From a virus, in the IMG/VR virus record IMGVR_UViG_3300022701_000122, positions 64,001 to 128,000 of that record: a stretch of DNA of 64,000 nucleotides; one strand, written 5' to 3'. Position numbers and translations under genes: made by a program. How positions within the stretch are numbered: position 1 is the first letter of the stretch; each line of letters begins with the position of its first letter. Shown here one piece after another: positions 1 to 8,805 of the stretch. The notes below the pieces were generated by a model, which searched no databases, had not been told where the DNA came from, and worked only from the letters and a program-made list of their open reading frames with translations.

Positions 1-231
1 GCAAATGAATGTGCACAATATGTCGTCAAACAACCAAAAACATCATCAGTTTCACGCGATGTTTTCACTCGCGCACACGACCATTTCATCTAAATAGATT
101 ATCTACTTTTAATCTAGCCACTAGCGATCATATCTAAATAGAATCACATCAGAATCTTAATCGTCGGGGCTATTCCGCTTAACAGAAGATTCTAATAAGA
201 AAAAATTATGAATATATGGAGAGAGCGGATT

Positions 232-281
232 TGTTTACTAAGTGATCAAGGACGGAACGGACTAAGATCACTTAGTAAACA
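232..281. repeat. Perfect 16-bp inverted repeat, 18-nt spacer
   Basis: TGTTTACTAAGTGATC (232-247) is the exact reverse complement of GATCACTTAGTAAACA (266-281). Confidence 0.95.
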
Positions 282-420
282 CTATATAAAAAGATTCTTG
301 ATTAAGCCGTAGAAGATTCACACGACCGGTACTGATTCCATATGTTAAGTTATTATTTTACATATTAATATACGAAGTATATTCTATATAATTATTATAA
401 CATATAATAGGTCTTGAAGC

Positions 421-458
421 GTTTTAGAAACTGCGGTCTGTTTTGCAGTTTCTAAAAC
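421..458. repeat. Perfect 14-bp inverted repeat, 10-nt spacer
   Basis: GTTTTAGAAACTGC (421-434) / GCAGTTTCTAAAAC (445-458). Confidence 0.95.
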
Positions 459-1211
459 CGTTCGAGGGCCGGTTCTCGACCGATAGGGAGTCATCAATAA
501 TCAAATTGATCTAAGAAGATTATATGTTCTATAAATTGAGCCATGAATGATTAAAACTGGTGATTATTTATTTATGATTATCTAAATTGATACACATTGA
601 TGCAACATTAACTTATTAGATTAATTATTAAAATAAAATCAAGTTGATTCATATTGATAGTGAATTGATACAACATCTACATCCAACTCTTAATTTCTTA
701 ATAACTTTCTATTAAGATCAATTTATCTCTTAAATAAGGTTAAATAACAAATTTTATAGTTCTTTAAGATTCTAATCATTTCTCCCTACCACTTCTCTAT
801 TTATAAAAATCCGAAACACAATGATTCATTATTTCTGTTTTTTGGTAGGTTTTTAACTTTGCAGTTAACCTCTACTTACCCTAATTTGACTAATTTATTT
901 ATCAATTCAAATGTTTAATATATCAAATATATAAATTTAATATATATCTATTGATAAATCATTTATTCAACTTTAAATTTAATTATTCATATTTTATTAA
1001 TCATTTAAATTTCTTTTATTAATAAGATATAAATTAATTAATTTAGATTTCTTTATCTTTATTTATTTTTCATTTATCAATTATTTTTTGGAATTTTGAA
1101 TCATTCATATATAATTCATGAATATATCAATATATGTCCGTTTCATTACGCCTGGGCTTCATGAAACGAGTAATAATATTTGACCTCAAATAGTTTTTCC
1201 ATTTGAATCTT

Positions 1212-1293
1212 AAAAGAATCTAATTAGATAAATATAGATTCTTTTTTCTTAGTATCTAAGAAAGAATTAATATTAGATTTTTAAAATCTAATA
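1212..1293. repeat. Two AGATT/AATCT-based palindromes
   Basis: AAAAGAATCTA (1212-1222)/TAGATTCTTTT (1235-1245); TATTAGATTTT-T-AAAATCTAATA (1271-1293). Confidence 0.85.
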
Positions 1294-1649
1294 TGAAAGA
1301 TTCTAAAATGTTTTAAATTAATCTATATAGATTCATTCTATAATCTAAGTAGATTAATAATGAACTGTATATGTTGTTAACATGGAATTAGTAGATTGTA
1401 CATGTGACATAATCATATTCTAAGAATATGTCCGAGCAATTTTTGGGTCAAGTCGGTACTTTTAAGAAGATATTTTGAAAATTGGAATAGCTGCTGCTAT
1501 GTGGACAAACGGTAGTCATAATGACCTATGTATTGTTTATGGGTTGGAGGAGGACAAAATTTAAACATGTTAACTGGTTTAGAAATAAAATCTAAAAAGT
1601 TTAATAATTTATTAAATTTTTTAAAGTGTGGTACTGAAAAACTTATAGC

Positions 1650-1664
1650 GGACAAATTTATGAT
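1650..1664 (+). promoter_or_regulatory. GGACAAA motif, putative phage promoter (partial match)
   Basis: TAGCGGACAAATTTA ~95 nt upstream of the 1748 ATG; same TAGC prefix as the sites at 5728 and 28608. Confidence 0.45.
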
Positions 1665-1747
1665 TAAAAGATTTCATTCTTTTATTAAATCTTATATGAT
1701 TTTATTTTATTTATTATTACATATTATTAAAAAGGGGATTAATACGT

Positions 1748-3847
1748 ATGAATAGAAATGGAGAAACATATTGGCTAAGTAAACCTTCATACACCTACTT
1801 AGATCCAAATCAATCTATATCATTAAATATAAGTTTTGCTTCATCTCTTAATGTTTCAGAGAAAGATGAGAATCAATATTTTAATTACTCAACAACTAAA
1901 CTAAGATTTACTCTTATTGATAATAGAACTGCTGGCAATCCAAGAATAAATATTGATCTCGAATATAATCATTTAACTTCATTATTATGTGATTTACATG
2001 AATTGAGCAGTAACAATTATAAAAATGCTTTTATGCAATCTTCTCAATTAAACATTTCAAGAGTATATTCTAAGAATAAAAAAGATCTGACATTCAGATT
2101 TATATTAATGGAGAATAAACCAGTTCTTGAATTAATAATTACTGATCCGATAGCAAATATGAATCAATGTAGAATATTGATGAATGGTAAATCTTTTAAA
2201 AATATGGTTAGATTTTTGAAAAATACTCGTGATGATTTTAGTAATATAGATACTAATATATCAAATATATTATTTAATCAATATCATAGTAAATCATTAT
2301 TGGGATCTATAAATGGAAGATTATTTAATATTGAAACATTGTTATCACGATTTTCTTCAGTTATGTCATCTAAAATAGATTCTATAAAGTCACAACCAGT
2401 TACTACTAATATGAAAATGTCTGATGAAAAAACAGATGAAATAATTAAGTCAACTGATGCGAATCATGTGTTTGAAGGTCCATTTAATGATGATGTTGAA
2501 TCAAATGATGATGATTATAATGGTGTAGATTATACACAAAAATTTACAGATATAAGTCAAGCATCTAATATGTTTAATAATGTTAATCTGGATGGAGAAA
2601 ATGAATTAGAAAAAATAGAACGTAAACACAATAATGATATGGAAAATAGAAGTAGCATACCATTTATATATAAAATATTTGATGGTGAATTGATGAATTT
2701 TAATTCATGGGTTATGTCATTTACATCAACTATTGAATCTTCAGACACTATAACATTCTCACCATTAGATGTAATATTCGATATATCAAATAATGCTCAG
2801 ATATTTAAAACATTCGATGATAAAAATTCTTATTATTTTTCTCAATATATAATGACATATCTCATTAAAACAAAAATAAAAGAATTTATAGAGCATAATG
2901 GTCAAATTGATATTCGTATTCCAATAATAAGATTTGATAATATTGTATATTCAAAAGAATCATATCTATACAATTTATGTATAGAGTTAACATCTACATT
3001 TTTGTTATATTCATTATTTATAAGAAGACTTGATGCATTAAATAATGTTCCAAATAAAAATAATTATAAGATAATTAATACTGCTATAAAGATTCTATTT
3101 AGTCCATTTATTTTTTCTCTCGATTATGAAAATGAATCAAAATTAATATTGGAGAATGTATTTGACCAATTTAAGAATTTTAATAAAAATGGGATAGTTA
3201 AATTATTTGAAGATAAGTATTCATCCATGACTGGGGGAAACTTAAATATAACTGAAGATTTATATTATGGTTATTCTAAATCATTTATAACTAACGTGAT
3301 TAATATGATTAAAACTGGTTATTCTATAAATAAAAATGATTTAATAAGATTGGCTTCAGATTATGATATACCATATTCAGATTTTTCAAAAATTAAAGAT
3401 ATTGAAAGTGTAAAGAGCAATATAGTTAATAATCTTATTAATAAGTATGATGAAGTTTCTAATATTGATGAAGATGACGATGTTCCATTTGATGCTCGAA
3501 ATGATTTAAATCAAACAATTAATACTTCAGATAAAGATGATAAATTAACATTATTTTTAGAATGTATTGAAAATATAAATGATGGTGATTTATATAATCA
3601 ATTTAAAACATTTAATACATTTAATGAAGTAGTTAATGATTTTATGAATCATGATATTCCTCCAGAAGTATTTAAGATAAGAAGAGCGATTGAAATGAAT
3701 AATAATTTATCAACCAAACTTGAAGTTTTTAAATTTGCTAAATTAATAAAAGAAGATTCTAACATTACAGAAGTATCTGACGGCAATGATAATTATAATG
3801 ATTTTGATGGTGTAGATCCTACTTCAGTCATAGATAATATAATGTAA
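1748..3847 (+). CDS. Hypothetical protein, 699 aa
   Basis: Long ORF with phage-like codon usage; acidic linkers; no family recognised. Confidence 0.85.
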   Translation: MNRNGETYWLSKPSYTYLDPNQSISLNISFASSLNVSEKDENQYFNYSTTKLRFTLIDNRTAGNPRINIDLEYNHLTSLLCDLHELSSNNYKNAFMQSSQLNISRVYSKNKKDLTFRFILMENKPVLELIITDPIANMNQCRILMNGKSFKNMVRFLKNTRDDFSNIDTNISNILFNQYHSKSLLGSINGRLFNIETLLSRFSSVMSSKIDSIKSQPVTTNMKMSDEKTDEIIKSTDANHVFEGPFNDDVESNDDDYNGVDYTQKFTDISQASNMFNNVNLDGENELEKIERKHNNDMENRSSIPFIYKIFDGELMNFNSWVMSFTSTIESSDTITFSPLDVIFDISNNAQIFKTFDDKNSYYFSQYIMTYLIKTKIKEFIEHNGQIDIRIPIIRFDNIVYSKESYLYNLCIELTSTFLLYSLFIRRLDALNNVPNKNNYKIINTAIKILFSPFIFSLDYENESKLILENVFDQFKNFNKNGIVKLFEDKYSSMTGGNLNITEDLYYGYSKSFITNVINMIKTGYSINKNDLIRLASDYDIPYSDFSKIKDIESVKSNIVNNLINKYDEVSNIDEDDDVPFDARNDLNQTINTSDKDDKLTLFLECIENINDGDLYNQFKTFNTFNEVVNDFMNHDIPPEVFKIRRAIEMNNNLSTKLEVFKFAKLIKEDSNITEVSDGNDNYNDFDGVDPTSVIDNIM

Positions 3848-3861
3848 TGGAGAATAAAATT

Positions 3862-4473
3862 ATGAACAACAATACTAAAATAAGTTTATCTTTTCCAAAG
3901 AAGTTTAATAGATGTAATACATATATGACGTATGTTAGTAATAAAAAAATATTATTTAATATATTATTTAATAATAAAAAAACATCTTTACAATTTAAGA
4001 CGTATAAAGAACCAAATGACATATCGATAACGTTATTTAGAAATTTAGAATTATCTAAATTCTGTAAAATGTTCTTAACATTGAATACAATAAAAGAAGA
4101 AAAAGTGGACTATATTAATAAGTTTTTAGGTATTAATAGATCATATGAACGCAAATTAAATAAGTTTTTAGTTGAAAGAACATATATTGAGAACTGTAAA
4201 ATGAAATCTTCCAATTATTTGCTTGTTATTGGATTTAAACTCATTGGATATGAATGTGATTTTAATTTCTTTTTTGTTCAAAGAAAGTGTTATAATTCTG
4301 TTACAAAAACCAATATTATACGTACTTCAGGTATTCAAATAAGTAATTCTGTTGGTGATAATATATTAGATAAACTTTATAACAATTATACTGAAGAATA
4401 TGAAGAATTATCAAATATAACTTTTTTGAAAAATAATATAATTGCTAAAGTAAAAGAACATGTAGAATTCTAA
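3862..4473 (+). CDS. Hypothetical protein
   Basis: ORF track starts at 3847; GGAGA RBS favours ATG 3862. Confidence 0.7.
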   Translation: MNNNTKISLSFPKKFNRCNTYMTYVSNKKILFNILFNNKKTSLQFKTYKEPNDISITLFRNLELSKFCKMFLTLNTIKEEKVDYINKFLGINRSYERKLNKFLVERTYIENCKMKSSNYLLVIGFKLIGYECDFNFFFVQRKCYNSVTKTNIIRTSGIQISNSVGDNILDKLYNNYTEEYEELSNITFLKNNIIAKVKEHVEF

Positions 4474-4499
4474 TACAATAAATAATAGGAGTTAATGTT

Positions 4500-5705
4500 A
4501 TGAAATCCATGACTGCTTATCATCATCAATATATTAATAATAGCATATCAGCTTTATTACAAGGAATTGGTGATTTTTTTAAAACAGAATTATTTCCAAG
4601 ATCAAGTAAATTAATCATATCTTCTTATGAGAAATCAGTAGAACGATATACTCAGTTATTACAAGATCCAGATGAAAAACATAGAATATCGTATCCATTT
4701 ATTACACTTGAACCTGGATATGATTTCAAACCGGATGATCAAGCTGGAAGATTCTTTTATCAATATCCACAATTTAGACATAAACAAGCATTAAATGAGT
4801 ATAAACCACGAATATATGATGATGGTAATATTATTATAGCACCTGCTTTGAATAGATATGTTGGATCATTATCTATGATTGTTTGGTGTAGCTCTATATA
4901 TGAAATGTTTGATTATAGAATATTGGCATATCAATTCTTTGGTGGTACTGGAAGACCAATTGAGCCAAAAAATATAAATGGTCAATTAATTCTTCCAGAT
5001 AGTTTTGATTATTATACTTATGAAAACCCATATACATCGGAATCATATGATTTAAGCTGGACAGGAACGAATGTTCAGCAAGATTTATTAATAAGAAATA
5101 TAAACAAGAATAAAAATGTTTTTCCATATGTATTGCGACCAAGAATTATACTTGAAGATGTTAATGATGGTAGTGAGCGGTATGAAGGTAGTGATGGGTT
5201 GGCAGAATGGAGATTAAATATAGAAATGACATTTGAATGTAATCTACCAACCCATTTAATTTTTTATTCAGAAGCTTTGCCAGAAATTGATAGAATTGTA
5301 TTTTCAATTGAAGTAGATCAAATATACTTGAGAAGAGATATAGACGAAGTAACAACTGTTCCAAAAAACATTATGGCTACTATTGGGGATAATTTGACAG
5401 AAACAGTTCAGAATGTGGATATGGTTTTAAATAAAACACTTACATATAGTATAACTGCTCAAGATATAACTGATATTCAATCCGATACTCAATTAACTAT
5501 CGACTTGGGCGAAGATCTTGGTGATGATCCAGTATATTTTAAAGTATATGGTAGGCATGGTATTTTAGTAATGGATTATTATTGGACTGTTTCTAAAACG
5601 GGTGCAAATACAGATCTTATTATTCATTCTATAAATATTGGAGATGATGCATTTGTTGAAGGAGATACATTATCAATAGTTCATTATAAAGAAGATGGAA
5701 CTTAA
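4500..5705 (+). CDS. Virion protein, possibly tail terminator/completion (T4 gp15/gp3-like)
   Basis: AGGAG RBS; YPFITLEP segment and beta-rich pattern reminiscent of tail-completion folds; function tentative. Confidence 0.4.
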   Translation: MKSMTAYHHQYINNSISALLQGIGDFFKTELFPRSSKLIISSYEKSVERYTQLLQDPDEKHRISYPFITLEPGYDFKPDDQAGRFFYQYPQFRHKQALNEYKPRIYDDGNIIIAPALNRYVGSLSMIVWCSSIYEMFDYRILAYQFFGGTGRPIEPKNINGQLILPDSFDYYTYENPYTSESYDLSWTGTNVQQDLLIRNINKNKNVFPYVLRPRIILEDVNDGSERYEGSDGLAEWRLNIEMTFECNLPTHLIFYSEALPEIDRIVFSIEVDQIYLRRDIDEVTTVPKNIMATIGDNLTETVQNVDMVLNKTLTYSITAQDITDIQSDTQLTIDLGEDLGDDPVYFKVYGRHGILVMDYYWTVSKTGANTDLIIHSINIGDDAFVEGDTLSIVHYKEDGT

Positions 5706-5727
5706 AAATAAGTCCACATAGTGTAGC

Positions 5728-5742
5728 GGACAAATTCAAAAT
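5728..5742 (+). promoter_or_regulatory. GGACAAA motif, putative phage promoter
   Basis: TAGCGGACAAATTCAAAA in intergenic gap before the clamp loader gene. Confidence 0.6.
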
Positions 5743-5762
5743 TCTATAGGAGAGAAATTATA

Positions 5763-6752
5763 ATGGCGGGAGAATTAGAGCGTACTTATTTATGGGTAGA
5801 GAAATATAGACCAAGAGAAATAGAAGATATGGTATTACCGGATGATTATGTTAAAACTTTTAATAGATATATAGAAGAAGAGCAAATACCACATCTTTTA
5901 TTTTATGGGCCACCAGGATCTGGAAAAACAACACTTGCTCTTATCTTATTATCAAAAGTAATAAAAGATAGAGCAGATGTATTAAAATTAAATGGTAGTT
6001 CGTCAACTGGTGTAGATATCATGAGAACAACTGTTGATGAATTTTTTAGAACTCCTACATTGGGTGGTTCGAAAGTTAAAGTTGTTTTTATAGATGAGGC
6101 AGATTATTTATCATTAAATGCACAGGCGGCATTAAGAGGAATATTTGAAAAATATCAAAGTCATGGGAGATTTTTATTTACTTGTAATTATAAATATAAA
6201 TTAATCGATCCATTACAATCTCGTTTTGGAACATCTTATGTTTTTTCTCGAATGTCGAAAGAATATATATTTGAAAATTGCGTTAATATATTAAAATCTG
6301 AAAATGTTACATATAATGATAATACGATTAAACGAATTATATCAATAAATTATCCAGATATAAGAAAGATAATATACAGCATTCAAAATCTTGTCGATGA
6401 AAATAATGTTTTAAATTCAAATATAAATGCAATAGCATCAAATGAGAAAAAATTTAGATCTTTTATAAGTGAATTATTTACTGGTCTTGAATCTAAGAAT
6501 GGACAAATAATTGGTAATTCTATAACAAAAATGAGAAAATTGGTTAGTGAGCAAGAACTTGATTATAATATGTTGTACGAAGAATTATTTGAAGATGATT
6601 CTGAAAATATACCAGTATGGGCGAAGATAATTATTAATAAATATGCAAATGATCATAATCAAGCTATGATTCCACCTATGCATTTTATGGCTATGGTATA
6701 TGAAATTGTTAAAGTAAAATCTGAATTTGATAAGCTTAATTTTAGAATCTAA
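5763..6752 (+). CDS. Sliding-clamp loader AAA+ subunit (RFC small / T4 gp44-like)
   Basis: LWVEKYRP, Walker A GPPGSGKTT, Walker B IDEAD, AQAALR, LQSRF (SRC-like). Confidence 0.95.
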   Translation: MAGELERTYLWVEKYRPREIEDMVLPDDYVKTFNRYIEEEQIPHLLFYGPPGSGKTTLALILLSKVIKDRADVLKLNGSSSTGVDIMRTTVDEFFRTPTLGGSKVKVVFIDEADYLSLNAQAALRGIFEKYQSHGRFLFTCNYKYKLIDPLQSRFGTSYVFSRMSKEYIFENCVNILKSENVTYNDNTIKRIISINYPDIRKIIYSIQNLVDENNVLNSNINAIASNEKKFRSFISELFTGLESKNGQIIGNSITKMRKLVSEQELDYNMLYEELFEDDSENIPVWAKIIINKYANDHNQAMIPPMHFMAMVYEIVKVKSEFDKLNFRI

Positions 6753-6765
6753 TTGGGAGATTAAA

Positions 6766-6975
6766 ATGTCGATACCCGTTAATCATAAACGAAAGTATAA
6801 AGTTGTAAGAACAGATGATAATTTTGAAAATACTTTATCTATACTTGGGGAAGATGGTTGGAAAGTAGTATGTATGAATAATTTTATATGTGTATTAAGT
6901 AAATTTAGTGAAATGTATCTCGATGATCTTATGGCAGAATCAGAACAGGAAAAACCATTTAAAAAAATTAAATAG
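6766..6975 (+). CDS. Small protein, DUF4177-like
   Basis: GGGAGA RBS before ATG 6766; KYKVV...LGEDGWKVV pattern. Confidence 0.5.
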   Translation: MSIPVNHKRKYKVVRTDDNFENTLSILGEDGWKVVCMNNFICVLSKFSEMYLDDLMAESEQEKPFKKIK

Positions 6976-6986
6976 GATTAATCGTC

Positions 6987-7163
6987 ATGGATATTAAAAT
7001 AGTGACATCTATTTATATAAGAGATGATGAATATGAAAATTTAGATTTGGATAAATATGTACTTATAGAAAAGCATGTAATAAATCAAAATAATTTTTAT
7101 GAAATTATGTTGAAATGTGATTGGGATGAAATGCAAGAAGAACATAATAGGAAAGCGAGTTAA
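6987..7163 (+). CDS. Small acidic hypothetical protein, 58 aa (below ORF-track cutoff)
   Basis: Open frame ATG 6987 to TAA 7163 fills the gap; AGGA upstream. Confidence 0.55.
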   Translation: MDIKIVTSIYIRDDEYENLDLDKYVLIEKHVINQNNFYEIMLKCDWDEMQEEHNRKAS

Positions 7164-7172
7164 TTTATTATT

Positions 7173-8219
7173 ATGATTGATTTTCAAAGATTGGAGAATA
7201 CATTAAAAACAAAAACGGGATTATCTTATTATAACAGTAACAGAACAGAATTAATATGTAGATGTCCTTGGTGCGAACTTCAATCAATTAAAAACCATGG
7301 ACATCTATATATACAAGTTCCAATGAATAAAGATCAATTGCCGATGTTTATATGTTTTAAATGCGGTGATGATTCTCGATATGGTAGGGGTACATTATTG
7401 AAATTATTGAGATTTATTGGTGAAGATGTACGACAATATGTATCTAAAGATATATTAGACAGATTTAAATGCAGATTACTTAGATATGATTATCACACCA
7501 AATCTTTTAAAATACATAATTATAATGTTAAAAAAATAGATAATAGTGATCGATATATTTTAAAGAAAAGTTACTTAAAATATAGATTGGGGTTTGATTA
7601 TATTATAGAAAATATACCTGGTCTTATATTTGATATAAGAGATTTTGTTACAAGTAACAAAATTGATTTAGGAGATAAATATAGATTTCTTGATTGGTTT
7701 GAAGATTCATTTATTGGATTTATATCAACGAGGGGCAGTACATTACTATTAAGAAATATAGATGCTACGTCCAAGTTTAGATATTTTAAATTTGATCTTA
7801 ATCCATCTGATTATTTCAGAGATTTTTATGCTATAAAAACAAATAATCTAAAAAAGAATGTAAATACGATTGTTTTATGTGAAGGAATATTTGATTTATT
7901 GGTATCTATAAAGGATTATGGCATGAAAGAAGTTTTAGATAAATCTTGTATATGGGCATCTATACTTGGTAAACATTTTGAAAGTGTTATTCCATCTATA
8001 CTATCATATACAAAACTTTCGGTTGCTAACTTTATAATATTATCCGATAAAACAAAAACTAATAAAAATTACAAATGGTTTAGAAATAATGTATCAGTTA
8101 ATAGTTTAGAAGTCTATTGGAATAAGAATAGAAAAGATTTTGGTGAAAAACCAATTTTTCCTGTTAAAACTGTTATAGATAATCCATTTAAGAATAATGT
8201 TGCATGGAACAGGAGATAG
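7173..8219 (+). CDS. DNA primase (DnaG/T4 gp61-like; Zn finger + TOPRIM)
   Basis: CPWC...HLYI...CFKC zinc finger; TOPRIM LCEGIFD. Confidence 0.8.
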   Translation: MIDFQRLENTLKTKTGLSYYNSNRTELICRCPWCELQSIKNHGHLYIQVPMNKDQLPMFICFKCGDDSRYGRGTLLKLLRFIGEDVRQYVSKDILDRFKCRLLRYDYHTKSFKIHNYNVKKIDNSDRYILKKSYLKYRLGFDYIIENIPGLIFDIRDFVTSNKIDLGDKYRFLDWFEDSFIGFISTRGSTLLLRNIDATSKFRYFKFDLNPSDYFRDFYAIKTNNLKKNVNTIVLCEGIFDLLVSIKDYGMKEVLDKSCIWASILGKHFESVIPSILSYTKLSVANFIILSDKTKTNKNYKWFRNNVSVNSLEVYWNKNRKDFGEKPIFPVKTVIDNPFKNNVAWNRR

Positions 8220-8221
8220 TT

Positions 8222-8629
8222 ATGAGTGGTGGTATTGGAAATACTAATAAGTTTTTATCTATTTATGCAAGTACGAAACTTAATAAATCTATTTGTGTAG
8301 AAAGACACGATGATGACCCATTAAAAATATTGGCTAAAGCAAAAAGAGAAAATGCGCTAAATAGATTTAATGATGATATATACTATTGTATATATAATAC
8401 AGTTATTGATGGTAAAGATGCAGTTATTATAATTTTTACTCTTATGTTACCTGGACCAGTAACTGGTAGTAGTAAATCATCTGAAATAGTTATGAATATC
8501 GTTAAATTCTTAGAAAGTAAATTTATGACATTAGATCATAATAAATATTTAAGAAATATTGATAATAAAAATAAAGGGTCTGCAATATTGGTTGTTAAAA
8601 AGAAGTTGGATGAAAATGACAAATTATAA
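8222..8629 (+). CDS. Hypothetical protein
   Basis: AGGAG RBS before ATG 8222 (track start 8204). Confidence 0.7.
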   Translation: MSGGIGNTNKFLSIYASTKLNKSICVERHDDDPLKILAKAKRENALNRFNDDIYYCIYNTVIDGKDAVIIIFTLMLPGPVTGSSKSSEIVMNIVKFLESKFMTLDHNKYLRNIDNKNKGSAILVVKKKLDENDKL

Positions 8630-8646
8630 ATTTGAAGGATATTAAA

Positions 8647-8805
8647 ATGGGTAATGAACAATTTGATAGTCATGTTACGTTGCAAAAATTGATAAAAGAT
8701 ATAAGGGAAATACATGAAGAATTGTTAAAAATAAATGATCAAGTTAAAAAATTATATAAAGAAATTGAGATATCAGCCAATAGGAGGACAGTTGATGAAA
8801 TTTAG
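8647..8805 (+). CDS. Small coiled-coil hypothetical protein, 52 aa
   Basis: GAAGGA RBS, ATG 8647 to TAG 8805, overlaps the thyA start. Confidence 0.5.
   Translation: MGNEQFDSHVTLQKLIKDIREIHEELLKINDQVKKLYKEIEISANRRTVDEI

Noticed and set aside
421-432. GTTTTAGA resembles the start of a Cas9 CRISPR repeat
   Set aside because: Single copy forming one arm of an inverted repeat; no spaced direct repeats and no cas genes
1528-1755. 75-aa ORF in the track
   Set aside because: No RBS, low-complexity translation, contains two GGACAAA motifs; more likely the regulatory leader of the 1748 gene
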